Assembly: GCF_006345805.1 (NCBI RefSeq) | Contig: NW_021835931.1 | Location: 1-37,260 of the forward strand | Direction: 5' to 3' | DNA: 37,260 nucleotides | Origin: Octopus sinensis | Lineage: Eukaryota | Shown: positions 10,451 through 20,928 of the stretch, piece after piece | How positions within the stretch are numbered: position 1 is the stretch's first letter | Layout of the letters: each line of letters starts with the position of its first letter | Position numbers and translations under genes: made by a program | The notes under the pieces: generated by a model | Told to the model about the DNA's origin: nothing | The model's input: the letters and a program-made list of their open reading frames with translations, nothing else | Database searches by the model: none

Positions 10451-10697
10451 AGGGCATAGGAGTGGCTGTGTGGCAAGTAGCTTGCTTACCAACCACATGG
10501 TTCCGGGTTCAGTCCCAATGGTACCTTGGGCAAGTGTCTTCTACTATAGCCTCAGGCCAACCAAAGCCTTGTGAGTGGATTTGGTAGATGGAAACTGAAA
10601 GAAGCCCGTCATATATGTGTATATGTATATGTATGTGTGTGTATATGTTTGTGTGTCTGTGTTTATCCCCCAACATCGCTTGACAACCGATGCTTGT
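10451..10697 (+). mobile_element. SINE family A beginning immediately after the U6 oligo-T
   Basis: agggcataggagtggctgtgtggcaagtagcttgc..gaaactgaaagaagcccgtc..tgacaaccgatgct. Confidence 0.85.
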
Positions 10698-11216
10698 TTG
10701 TTAGCCAGTTTGCTCTGCTTCAAGGAATTTGGGGCAACAGTCATGGAATTTGGTAGATAAAAACTATAGAAGCCTGTCATATGTGTGTGTATGTGTGTGT
10801 GTGAATGGACAGTTCTGCCAATGAAGAATTCATTTAAACTCACACAAAACTCACAAATCTATTCTAAAGAATTCCATGAAATATTGAAATATTTAACAGT
10901 TTCAGAGTCGTGTGTATCATCTATGTGATAGACATGAAATGGAATGGGAAAAAAAGCAAAAGTTCTTTCATACAAAACAGACAGGGTAAATACCTTATTT
11001 ATTCCAGAACTATGCATAGTTTAAACAATTCTTTTTTTGTTTCATCAGCTGGACTACAAAGAGAAGAATAAGTTAGCCAGCTTGCTTTATATGTGTGTGT
11101 ATGTGTTTGTATGTAGGTGTGTGTGTGTGTGCCTGCATACATATATAGACATATGCATGAATATATGGAACCAATGGACATGTTTTGCCATAGGCAGTGT
11201 CTCATCTAATGTTTAA

Positions 11217-11437
11217 CCCTTTAGTGTTCAGAATACTCTGTTAAATTTAATACTTTTTCATTCAAATTGTTTTGAATTAATCATGCATTATCTTATAGCT
11301 TTGAGGTTTCAATGTTGTGATTGTTAATTTTCAGAATGGCATTGTAGGTTAGGAGTGAGAGGCTAGATATCGTCAGTTTGAATATAAAACATGTAGAATA
11401 TACTGGGCCGGATTTGGCCGGTTTAAAGACTAAAGGG
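11217..11437 (-). mobile_element. piggyBac-type MITE, 221 bp, opposite orientation
   Basis: TTAA(11213-11216) CCCTTTAG...CTAAAGGG TTAA(11438-11441). Confidence 0.85.
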
Positions 11438-11564
11438 TTAATGTCTAAATACTCTCTGTTTTATGCTGCTGCCATCATCTTTGTTCATTAACCGATAATT
11501 TTATTCAATGTTTAGAAGTATCCAAGAAGTATTTTACTCAAAATTCTTGCTAGGTTTAAGTGTG

Positions 11565-12175
11565 GATGAGTGGCAAGAAGTTTGCATCCTGACCACAAGG
11601 TTCCACATTCAGTTCCATTGCATTCAGTTCCATTCCGGGTTCAGTTCCATTAGGCTACTGTTTTTTGCTGTAGCCCCTATTGCTCCCAACCAAACGAAGC
11701 CTTGTAAGTGGATTTAGTTGACAGAAACTGAAAGAAGCTCAACACACACACACACAACATAATCTTTTACTTGTTTCAGTCATTTGACTGTGGCCATGCT
11801 GGGGCAGTGCTTTGAATACCTTTAACCTCTTTTATCTTTTACTTGTTTCAGTCATCAGACTGGGCCATGCTGCAGCACCACTTTGAAGAATTTTAGTTGA
11901 ATGAATCGACCCTAGTCCTTATTTTCATTTTAAACCTGGTATTTATTCAATCGGTCTCTTTTTGCCAAACCGCTAAGTTACAAGGACAGAAACGCACCAA
12001 TACCAGTTGTAAAGCAGTGTTGGGGGACAAACACACACACACACATATGACAGGATCCTTTCATTTTCTGTCTACCAAATCCACTCACAAGGCTTTGGTC
12101 GGCCCTAAACACTATAGTAGAAGACATTTGCCCATGGTGCCACACAATGGGACTGAACCCAAAACCATGTGTTAC
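11565..12175. mobile_element. Cluster of SINE family A pieces (+ 5' half about 11565-11760; - copy about 11765-12175)
   Basis: Family A motifs in both orientations. Confidence 0.7.
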
Positions 12176-12189
12176 CTATATGCTTATAT

Positions 12190-12650
12190 CTCTATGTGTT
12201 TGTCTTTGAGGTTGTGTTTGTGTTTGTGCCTTACTACTGCTAGACAACCAGTGTTGGTTTGTTTACATCCTTGTAACTTAGCAGTTTGCTAAAAAGAGAC
12301 TAACAGAATAAATAACATACTTTTATAAAACCAAGTATTGGAGTTAGTTTGTTCAGTCAAGTCATTTAACCCTTTAGTATTTAAACCGGCCATAACCGGC
12401 CAAAAGTATTCTGCTTGTTTTATGTGCAAACTGGCCAGATCTGGTCTCTCACACCAACCCTACAATATCGTTTTAGAAATTAACAGCTTCCTCATCAAAA
12501 TCTCATCGCTACAAGATAATGCATGATTAGTTCAAAACAGTATGGATGAAAAAGCATAAATTTGGGCAGAATAATGCGAACACTAAAGGGTTAAGGTGGT
12601 GCTCCAGTGTGGCCACAGTCCAAAGACTGAAAGAAGAAAAGGATAAAAGA
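12190..12650 (+). mobile_element. SINE family A 3' half interrupted by a MITE
   Basis: ctagacaacc..gtaacttagcagtttgc..[MITE]..ggtggtgctccag..gactgaaag. Confidence 0.7.
12370..12590 (+). mobile_element. piggyBac-type MITE, 221 bp, nested in SINE A
   Basis: TTAA(12366-12369) CCCTTTAG...CTAAAGGG TTAA(12591-12594). Confidence 0.88.
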
Positions 12651-12859
12651 TAAGACACTTCAAGGAAAATCAATTATCTGTATAAGTCATTGTTACAAGC
12701 AACAACAGCAGCAGCAACAACAAAACCCTCCAGAAAAAAGATGTAGTTACAAAAGAAACCATGAAACCTAGAGATTGTAAACAGCAGTGCATTGACAAAG
12801 TTGTTTGTATTGAATTAAAATGGCCTTGTGGTATGTGTTCCAATTCTCTGTGCTTGTAG

Positions 12860-12955
12860 TTCAAAGTTCAAATCCTGCCAAGGTCAGCTATGCCTTTCAT
12901 TCTTTTCAACCTTTTATGATCAATACATAAAGTGCCAGTCTGCTACTGGGATGGA
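12860..12955 (+). mobile_element. SINE family B fragment
   Basis: gttcaaatcctgccaaggtcagctatgcctttcattc. Confidence 0.55.
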
Positions 12956-13159
12956 ATTTTCCCTTTCTTGATTTCTCTCAGTAAGAAGTTAGCTGTGTTC
13001 AGAGTTGGGAAGGGATAGGTCCCACCAGGTTTCAAAAATGCCCGAAACAAACTGTGTGTTATAGTAGCACTAAAGACGCCATTTCGAGTTGAGTGCCCAA
13101 ATAAGGATGGTTTCTGAGAACAAGCTTAAAAGTACAGGAAAAATTAATTAATAGTTTCT

Positions 13160-14100
13160 CTTTTACTCTTTTACTTGTTTCAGTCATTTGACTGCGGCCA
13201 TGCTGGAGCACTGCCTTTAGTCAAGCAAATCGACCCCAGGACTTATTCTTTGTAAGCCTAGTACTTATTCTGTTGGTCTCTTCTGCCGAACCGCTACGTT
13301 ACGGGGACGTAAACACACCACCATCAGTTGTCAAGCGATGTTGGGGGAACAAACACAGACACACAAACATGTACGCATACATACATATATATACACATAT
13401 ATACAACAGGCTTCTTTCAGTTTCTGTCTAACAAATCCACTCACAAGGCTTTGGTCGGCCCGAGGCTATAGCAGAAGACACTTGGCCAAGGTGCCACGCA
13501 GTGGGACTGAACCCGGAACCATGTGGTAAGTCCGTGTTTTTTTTCTTGGTTTACAAATCCAAATAAATAATGAGTTCATAGATATTTTCTTTCTTTTGTT
13601 CTTTTACATGTTTCAGTCATTTGACTATGGCCATGCTGGAGCACCACCTTAGAGGGTTTTAGTCAAAGAAATCTATCCCAGGACTTATTTTTGTAAGCGT
13701 ATTACTTATTCTATCAGTCTCTTTTGCTGAGCTGCTAATTTACAGGGACACAAACACACCAACATCAGTTGCCAAGCGATAGTGGTAAGGACAAATGCAA
13801 ACACAAAGACATACATGTAAGTAGCTTACTTACCAATCTCACGGTTCTGAGTTCAGTCCCACTGCGTGGCACCTTGGCTTCTTTCAGTTTCCATCTAACA
13901 AATCCACTCACAAGGCTTTGGTAGGCCTGAGGCTATAGTAGAAGACACTTGCCAATGGTGTCACACAGTGGGAATGAACCCAGAACCATGTGGTTGGTAA
14001 GCAAGCTACTTACCACACAGCCACTCCTATATATATATATTCTTTTATTCCTTTACTGGTTTCAGCCAGAGGCTGGGGCCATGCTGGAGCACTGCCTTTC
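13160..14100 (-). mobile_element. Tandem cluster of minus-strand SINE family A copies (about 13160-13530, 13590-13875, 13875-14025, 14040-14100)
   Basis: Repeated ttttacttgtttcagtcatttgactgcggccatgctggagcac and ctttcagtttcc..accatgtgg blocks. Confidence 0.8.
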
Positions 14101-14179
14101 TATATATATATACAATGGGCTTTCCTGTCAGTTTCAGCATATGAGGATCTGACAACCTACAATTTCTTTGTCAGTCATA

Positions 14180-14415
14180 ATAACGCTTATGTCAGATGTG
14201 ATATTTGAGTTCCAACAATGATTTGCAAAGAAGCCTGCAGATGTTGCAAGTATGAAAATTACAGGTCAGTGCTTGTAGTATATTTGCAACCACTTTTCTT
14301 CTTTGCCTTGCACCTCTAAGCCTGTTAATGCCGGCTGAAACAAAGTCCCATATACCATTTTGACATGGCAGTCTCTGTTTTGTTCACTCCAAGGCAGCTT
14401 GCTCAAAGGTGTTCA
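14180..14415 (-). mobile_element. Decayed RTE-clade LINE ORF C-terminus with C2H2-like zinc finger
   Basis: Minus frame reads NTFEQAALE*TKQRLPCQNGIWDFVSAGINRLRGARQRRK..TCNICRLLCKSLLELKYHI*H, matching the recalled RTE pattern WE..A.DR..WR...G...FE..R..RRK..C..C.R.C.S...L..H...H. Confidence 0.6.
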
Positions 14416-14750
14416 TCATCATCATCATCATCATTTAACGTCCGTTTTCCATGCTAGCACGGGTTGGACGGTTCGACCGGGTTCTGGGAAGCCAGGGGCT
14501 GCACCAGTCTCCAGTCTGATCTGGCAGTGTTTCTACAGCTGGATGCCCTTCCTAACGCCAACCACTCCGCGAGTGTAATGGGTGCTTTTTACGTGCCAGA
14601 GGAGTCTGGCATCGGCCACGATCGGTTGGTGCTTTTAAAGTGCCACCGGCACGGAAGCCAGTCAAGGTGGGGCTGGCATCGGCCACGTTCGGCTGGTGCT
14701 TTTTATGTGCCACCAGCACAGAAGCCAGTCGAGGCGGCGCTGGCTGCACT
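14414..14750 (-). mobile_element. Family C retroposon with variant internal tandem modules
   Basis: Same (CAT)n-ttaacgtccg start; repeated ggtgctttt(t)a(t/c)gtgcca modules. Confidence 0.8.
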
Positions 14751-14844
14751 AATAATATTAATTGCCAAGAGGTTACTCTTCAGCTTATCCTTATATCTGA
14801 GCCATGTTTGACCAACATTCCTGTGCTCGCTATCATGTACATAT

Positions 14845-14965
14845 GATAGGCTTCCACACAGTTTCCATCAACCAAATTCATTCACAAGGCTTTGGTCACC
14901 ATGGGGCTATAGCAGAAGACACTTGCCCAAAGTGCTGTGCTGTGGGACTTGACCCCAAAACATAT
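14845..14965 (-). mobile_element. SINE family A fragment
   Basis: ggcttcc..accaaattcattcacaaggctttgg..gaagacacttgcccaaagtg. Confidence 0.7.
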
Positions 14966-14974
14966 CGTGGTAAT

Positions 14975-15200
14975 GACTGGCAGAAACATTAGCACGCCGG
15001 GCGAAATTCTTAGCAGTATTTCGTCTGCTGTTACGTTCTGAGTTCAAATTCCGCCAATGTCGACTTTGCCTTTCATCCTTTTGGGGTCGATAAATTAAGA
15101 ACCACTTGCAGACTGGGGTCAATGTAAACGACTTAATCCCTTTGTCTGTCCTTGTTTGTCCTCTCTGTGTTTAGCCCCTTGTGGGTAGTGAAGAAATAGG
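14975..15200 (+). mobile_element. SINE family B, near full length
   Basis: ctggcagaaacattagcacgccgggcgaaa..gttcaaattccgcc..gtcgactttgcctttcatcc..tttagccccttgtgggtag. Confidence 0.85.
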
Positions 15201-15312
15201 TAATGTGAATTTCTCAATCATGAAAATGTGAAAGACAGGCTAAAGAAATGAAACTTTAAACGCATGTTCAGTTCACAACTGGCTCCACTCTTGTCATAGA
15301 ATGGAAACGTTA

Positions 15313-15637
15313 GGAGCACTCCATCGGTTACGACGACGAGGGTCCCAGTTGATACGATCAACGGAACAGCCTGCTCATGAAATTAACGTGCAAGTGACTG
15401 AGCAATCCACAGACACGCGTACCCTTAATGTAGTTCTCAGGGAGATTCAGCGTGACACAAAGTGTGACAAGGCCGGCCCTTTGAAATACAGGTACAACTC
15501 ATTTTTGCCAGCTGAGTGAACTGGAGCAACGTGAAATAAAGTGTCTTGCTCAAGGACTCAACGCGTCGCCAGGAATCAAACTCACAACCTTACAATCGCG
15601 AGCCGAATGCCCGAACCACTAAGCCATGCGCCTTCAT
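15313..15637 (-). mobile_element. tRNA-derived SINE, family E, with 12-bp target-site duplication
   Basis: Reverse complement of 27425-27726; ATGGAAACGTTA at 15301-15312 and 15638-15649. Confidence 0.85.
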
Positions 15638-15894
15638 ATGGAAACGTTAATGGTTGGCACAAAAGCAGGAATTGAAACATTGCTGCCAAAGTTATTGTGT
15701 AGCACCATTTTTAGACAAAAATACATGGTTCTGTTAAACTCAGTGTGCTTGGCTGATATACAGGTTCCATTTCTACTTCACTATTGAATTATGTAAATGT
15801 TTTAAATTTGCAAAAACCATCCCACCATGTTGTAAAACAGAAATAATGGAATTTAAAGATAAAACAGTTAAAAAGAGAAAAAAATGTGTATGAG

Positions 15895-15900
15895 TGAGTG

Positions 15901-15942
<42 letters not shown>

Positions 15943-16155
15943 AAAGTGAATTTTTAGAAAGGGGTGATAAATAGCATGAGAGGAAAGGTGAGATAGAGGG
16001 GAGACAGAAAAGAGAGAAAGAGAAGAGAGTAATGGAGAGAGAGAAAAATGATAGAGGGGGGGAAAGAAAAATACAGAAAGAGCCAACAAAGAGAAAAGAG
16101 AATTTGAGAGAGAGAGAGAGAGAGAATAAGAGAAAGAGAGAGGGGGTGGAGTGCC

Positions 16156-16186
<31 letters not shown>

Positions 16187-16850
16187 TTGCCATCATCACC
16201 CTCACCACTACCACTAACCATTACACATACACATGCACCAATAAAGGAGATTTTCTAGATGGTCACACGAGCAGCTAGGAATAGCAGTCAAATCACAACG
16301 TACCGTATTATACCAGCAACACCGCCTCCACCCCCACTACTGATATCTCTCTGCACTAGAAGAGTACACTAGCACTACAGTCGTCACCCCCTCCACCAAT
16401 GCTACAACCTATACCACCACCCCCATTAATACCTCTTTGCTGCACTACAATAGTACATCAACTGTACAGTTGTTACTATTTTCACTATTGCCACCACTAA
16501 ATACTACAACCAACACAACACTATTATCAACATTCACTATTACGACCACTACCACCGACACTAACGCCAACGTCACACAACGACCAACCTCAGGACTACC
16601 ACTAAAACTATCGCCAATACTGCCACAAAAACTGCAACCAACACTAGTGCTACTAATACCTGTTCTACCATCAACACTACTACAACTACCAACGCCAATA
16701 CTACAAACACAAGTACCTCTGCTACCACAGCAATAGTAATACCAACACCAATACTACAACTAATATTGCTATTAGTACCAACACCAATACCAGTACTAGT
16801 ACCATTACTATCGCTACTAGCGCCAATACTGTTACCACTGTGAACCAACT
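15895..16850. repeat. (TG)n, GA-rich and degenerate (CAC/CAA/ACT)n low-complexity tracts
   Basis: Seen directly. Confidence 0.9.
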
Positions 16851-17225
16851 AGGCTCGACCTGCTAGAAATAGCAGCCAAATACTCTACCGTCTCAAAAGA
16901 AACAATGGATAATGTAATGTTAGAAACGCTGTCTGGGGAAAATAAGACTGTTTGGTCATGGATGGAAACACTTTTGATCACAAGTTCGGCGGTATCAAGT
17001 CTGATCTAGGGTTTAAACGAGTTCTTTTACCACCACCACTAAGTCGCTCGACTTGTTTAGAAAATAACAGTTAAGTGTCTCTCCTATCCAACTTATACGC
17101 ATTCTTGTCTTAAAAAATGGGAAAGGACAAACTTAATAATGTAGTCCCAGATACACTGTGTCCGAATGAAAGAAACGAGATGGTTCACAGCTTTCGATCA
17201 AGAACTGATCCGAGGCTGAACAATA
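16850..17225 (+). mobile_element. Decayed interspersed repeats sharing the motif gctcgacctgctagaaatagcagccaaat (related pieces near 16270, 17040 and, on -, 29150)
   Basis: The motif recurs several times within the window. Confidence 0.5.
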
Positions 17226-17379
17226 ACGAAGCCGCCGCCGCCGCTACCACCACCACCACCACCATCGCCACCACTGCCACCACCGCCAACATCACCACCA
17301 CCGCCGCCGCCATCACCATCACCGCCGCCGCCGCCACCATGTACTACAAGACCATCACCACCAATTAATACACCACCGT

Positions 17380-17754
17380 ACTGATATGATACTTTTTAAA
17401 GTCAGTTGCCCTTGCCTTACGGGACAAATCTAGAACTGAACACCCCAGCCTGTCTCCAACCTCCAACCTCCAGCCTCCACCACACACACACACACACACA
17501 TTTAATTTACTCTCTCCTCCTTCGCCCTTCTCTTCACCCCCTTCCTTCCTTCCTTTCATTTATTATTTATTTATTTATCCATTTATTTTCCACCCCGTGA
17601 ACGTCAGGCAAGTCAGTGCGTACCTTGATTTGTGTCCCTTGTTGACCCCGTTTCCTCAAACCTTACTTCCTTTGTCGGGGTCCCCGTCTCCACTTATTAA
17701 ATTCATCTTATTTTCGTTGTTTTGATGGGTATGTGGAAAAAACCCCATCCATCC

Positions 17755-17787
<33 letters not shown>

Positions 17788-17826
17788 CCTATCTATCTAT
17801 CTATCTATCTACCTATCCATCAATCA

Positions 17827-17859
<33 letters not shown>

Positions 17860-18483
17860 CCTATCTATCTATCTAGTATCTACTTTTATCTATCTACTAT
17901 CTATCTATCCCACTTTTCTCTCTGTCTCAATTTCTACTTTTTAAAAAGGGTATCCACACCCTTACTAATAATTTTACTTATTTTAATATTTTTTCCTTTC
18001 TCTCACACTCTCTCTGTCTCTGTCTCTCTCTCTCTCTCTCTCTCTATTAACTCTATCATTTCTTCTCTCCCTCTCACACATCCTCCTTATTTCTCTTGCC
18101 CCTTTTCACAACACTAGTACTGACTCCTTTCATCTCTTCTAATCTTCGCCCCGTTTCACTTTCTTCTCTTGTACTCCTATATACTTCAACTCTGTGCCTC
18201 TTTTTATTTTATATCTTCTCTATCACTAATTTTCTCTTCCGCTTTCTCTTTCATATATATCACAAGATTTCCCTTTTATCTTTCTCTTTCCTTTTTTTTT
18301 TTCATACTCATTCCTCCCTTTTTCTATTTGCTCTCAACTTCCTCTGCGTACATTTCTAACTCTCACTTGAGCTTTTCCTCAACTTTCTCTAGTCTCTTTC
18401 TTTCCCTCTTTTCTTTCCTTATCACACATCAATCTACTTCTATCCTCATCTATCTATCTATCCTATCTATCATCTATCTATCC

Positions 18484-18525
<42 letters not shown>

Positions 18526-18583
18526 TAGTAAGATAGATAAATAGACATCTCTGCTTTCTCCTATCTTTTTATCAGTCTTTCTT

Positions 18584-18618
<35 letters not shown>

Positions 18619-20099
18619 TCCTCTCTTCTCATATCTCCTTCCCACACACTTTCATCTCTGTTTGTTCTCTCTCTTTCATTTATCTTGCTTTTCTTTCTCT
18701 TCTACCGCCTTTGTGTGTGTGTGTGGTGTGTGTGTGTGTCTCTCTCTCTCTCTCTCTCTCTTTCCATTCTTTCAGCCTTTCTGCCTCTCTCTCTCTCTAT
18801 TTCTACTCCATCTCCTGTTTCCGCTGAATTGTGTGTGTGCGTACGTGTGCGTGTGTATACGTGTGCGTGTGCGTATGTGTGTGTGTGCTTGCGTGTGTGT
18901 GTGTGTGTGAACTTCCTAGTATTTACATGTGTATACAGCGTTTCCAATCTACACTTCACCCCCTCTTTCCTTCTCTTTCTCTACTTTCGCGTACACTCCC
19001 ACCTCACTCTCACCAACACACATTCTCACGTGCAGTCTCCCTTCCCTTAGTTTTTCACTTTCCTCTTTCCTCTTCCCATTCCTCATTCATATATATAGCT
19101 ACGCATACTTTTCCTCCCCCTCACTGTACACTCCTTTCTTGCCATTGTTCCTTCCCCTTACACACACACACAGAGTCTATTCTTCTCCCTTCCTCCATCA
19201 CATTCTTACTCTCTTTCTCTTTCTAACACTTCTCGTTTTCTATTATATACATTACACCATTTTCCCCCCCTTTTATCTTATCCGTTTACTAAACAGTCTC
19301 TCTCTTTTCTATGTTTTCCCTTCTTCGCACTCTGAAAACATTCAATAAAGAGAGGCAAAGAGCGAGAGAGAGAGAATGGCCGAGAGAGAAGGAGATGAAG
19401 AGAGAGAGACATAGATATATAGACAGATACATAGAAAAGAGGACAAAGGAGGAAAAAGAGTCCGAGAAAGAAAACGATCAGTGAAAGGACAAAGGAAAAA
19501 GCAGAGACAGAAGAAACACTTCTCCTTCTCCCTCTCTCTCTCTACGTTTATATATTAATGCGTGTGTGTGTGCGTACTGTGTGCATCCGTGTGTGCGTGC
19601 GTGTGTGTATGTGCGTGTGTGTGTGCGTGTGTGCGTATGCCTATTTTAAACGTGTTTGCAAGTATGCGTTATGCGTGGTGTGTGTGTGTCCGTCTCTATA
19701 AGACTAACTCCCACTCACACCATCTCTTTGTTATATACTTCTCCTCCTTCCATTCTCGTCTCTCGTTTCCTCTATTTCATTCAATTCTCTTTTCCTTCTT
19801 CTCCCATATTTCCTTCCATCTCGATTTCATTCTATATATCCTTTCGGTAAAAGATCAAAGTGTCGTACTTAAGTCACCACTCTTTCCCCTCCCCCAATCT
19901 CTTTCAATTTTTTTCTTTCGGTGTGTATCTCCACTGATCCTCCTTCTCTTCTCTTATTCATTTCCTTTACTTCATTCATTCCGCCTCATTCACCATTCCT
20001 TCAGCTTTCTTCTCAATTTATCTGTCCCCTTTTCGTTCTCCTATTTTCTTCCCTTTCGTTTCTTTCTATGCCTCCCCTTCCTTTTTCTTTATTCCCCTT

Positions 20100-20134
<35 letters not shown>

Positions 20135-20766
20135 TTTTTCATTCTCATTCAGCCTCATATATTCGTTCCTATTCTCTTTCTTTTCATTCCACTCCACATC
20201 CCTTATCTTTTCTCCCTATTTCATTCTCTCCGTACTATCCATTCAATACAATGGTTTCATTTTAGATTGCCTTCTTTCTACTTCACTCTTACTTCTCCCC
20301 TACGCCTTATATTCATTCAATTTCCTTCTTAGTTTCATTCTTGATTTTACTGACTTAATTTCATTTAATATTTCAATTTTCTCCACCTTTTCTCGCCTTT
20401 TATATCTCCCTTTCTATTTTTCTCCCCCACCTTTTCTCCTTTTCTGTCTTATCCCCTCTCACCCCTATTTTCTCCCATCTCTTTCTTTCTATTTTCACTC
20501 CTCTCTCATTCGTTCTCTCATCTCTCTCCCACCTCTATTTTATCTCCTCTTTCTCCCCTTTCTTTTTTGTTCCCTCACCCTTTCTCCCCTCTTTTGTCTC
20601 CCAGTCTTTTGCATTCACATTCATTCACTTCACATACGCTCTTTCTGTTTCTTCTTGCTCATTCATCCCCCTCTCTCTCTTAGTTTCTCTATATTTTCTT
20701 CTTTCAATTTCATTCTCCCTAAAATCCTTTGACAACTTAGCTATTTCAGTATCCATACTCTTGCTT

Positions 20767-20855
<89 letters not shown>

Positions 20856-20864
20856 CTATCTGCC

Positions 20865-20928
<64 letters not shown>

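Noticed and set aside
10903-11075. Possible exons with AG/GT signals (e.g. VVCIIYVIDMKW; strong acceptor near 11049)
   Set aside because: No recognisable homology and no consistent phase chain with the other candidates; such signals are expected by chance.
12960-13150. Strong polypyrimidine acceptors on both strands
   Set aside because: Plus frames stop immediately; the single open minus frame has no donor and no homology.
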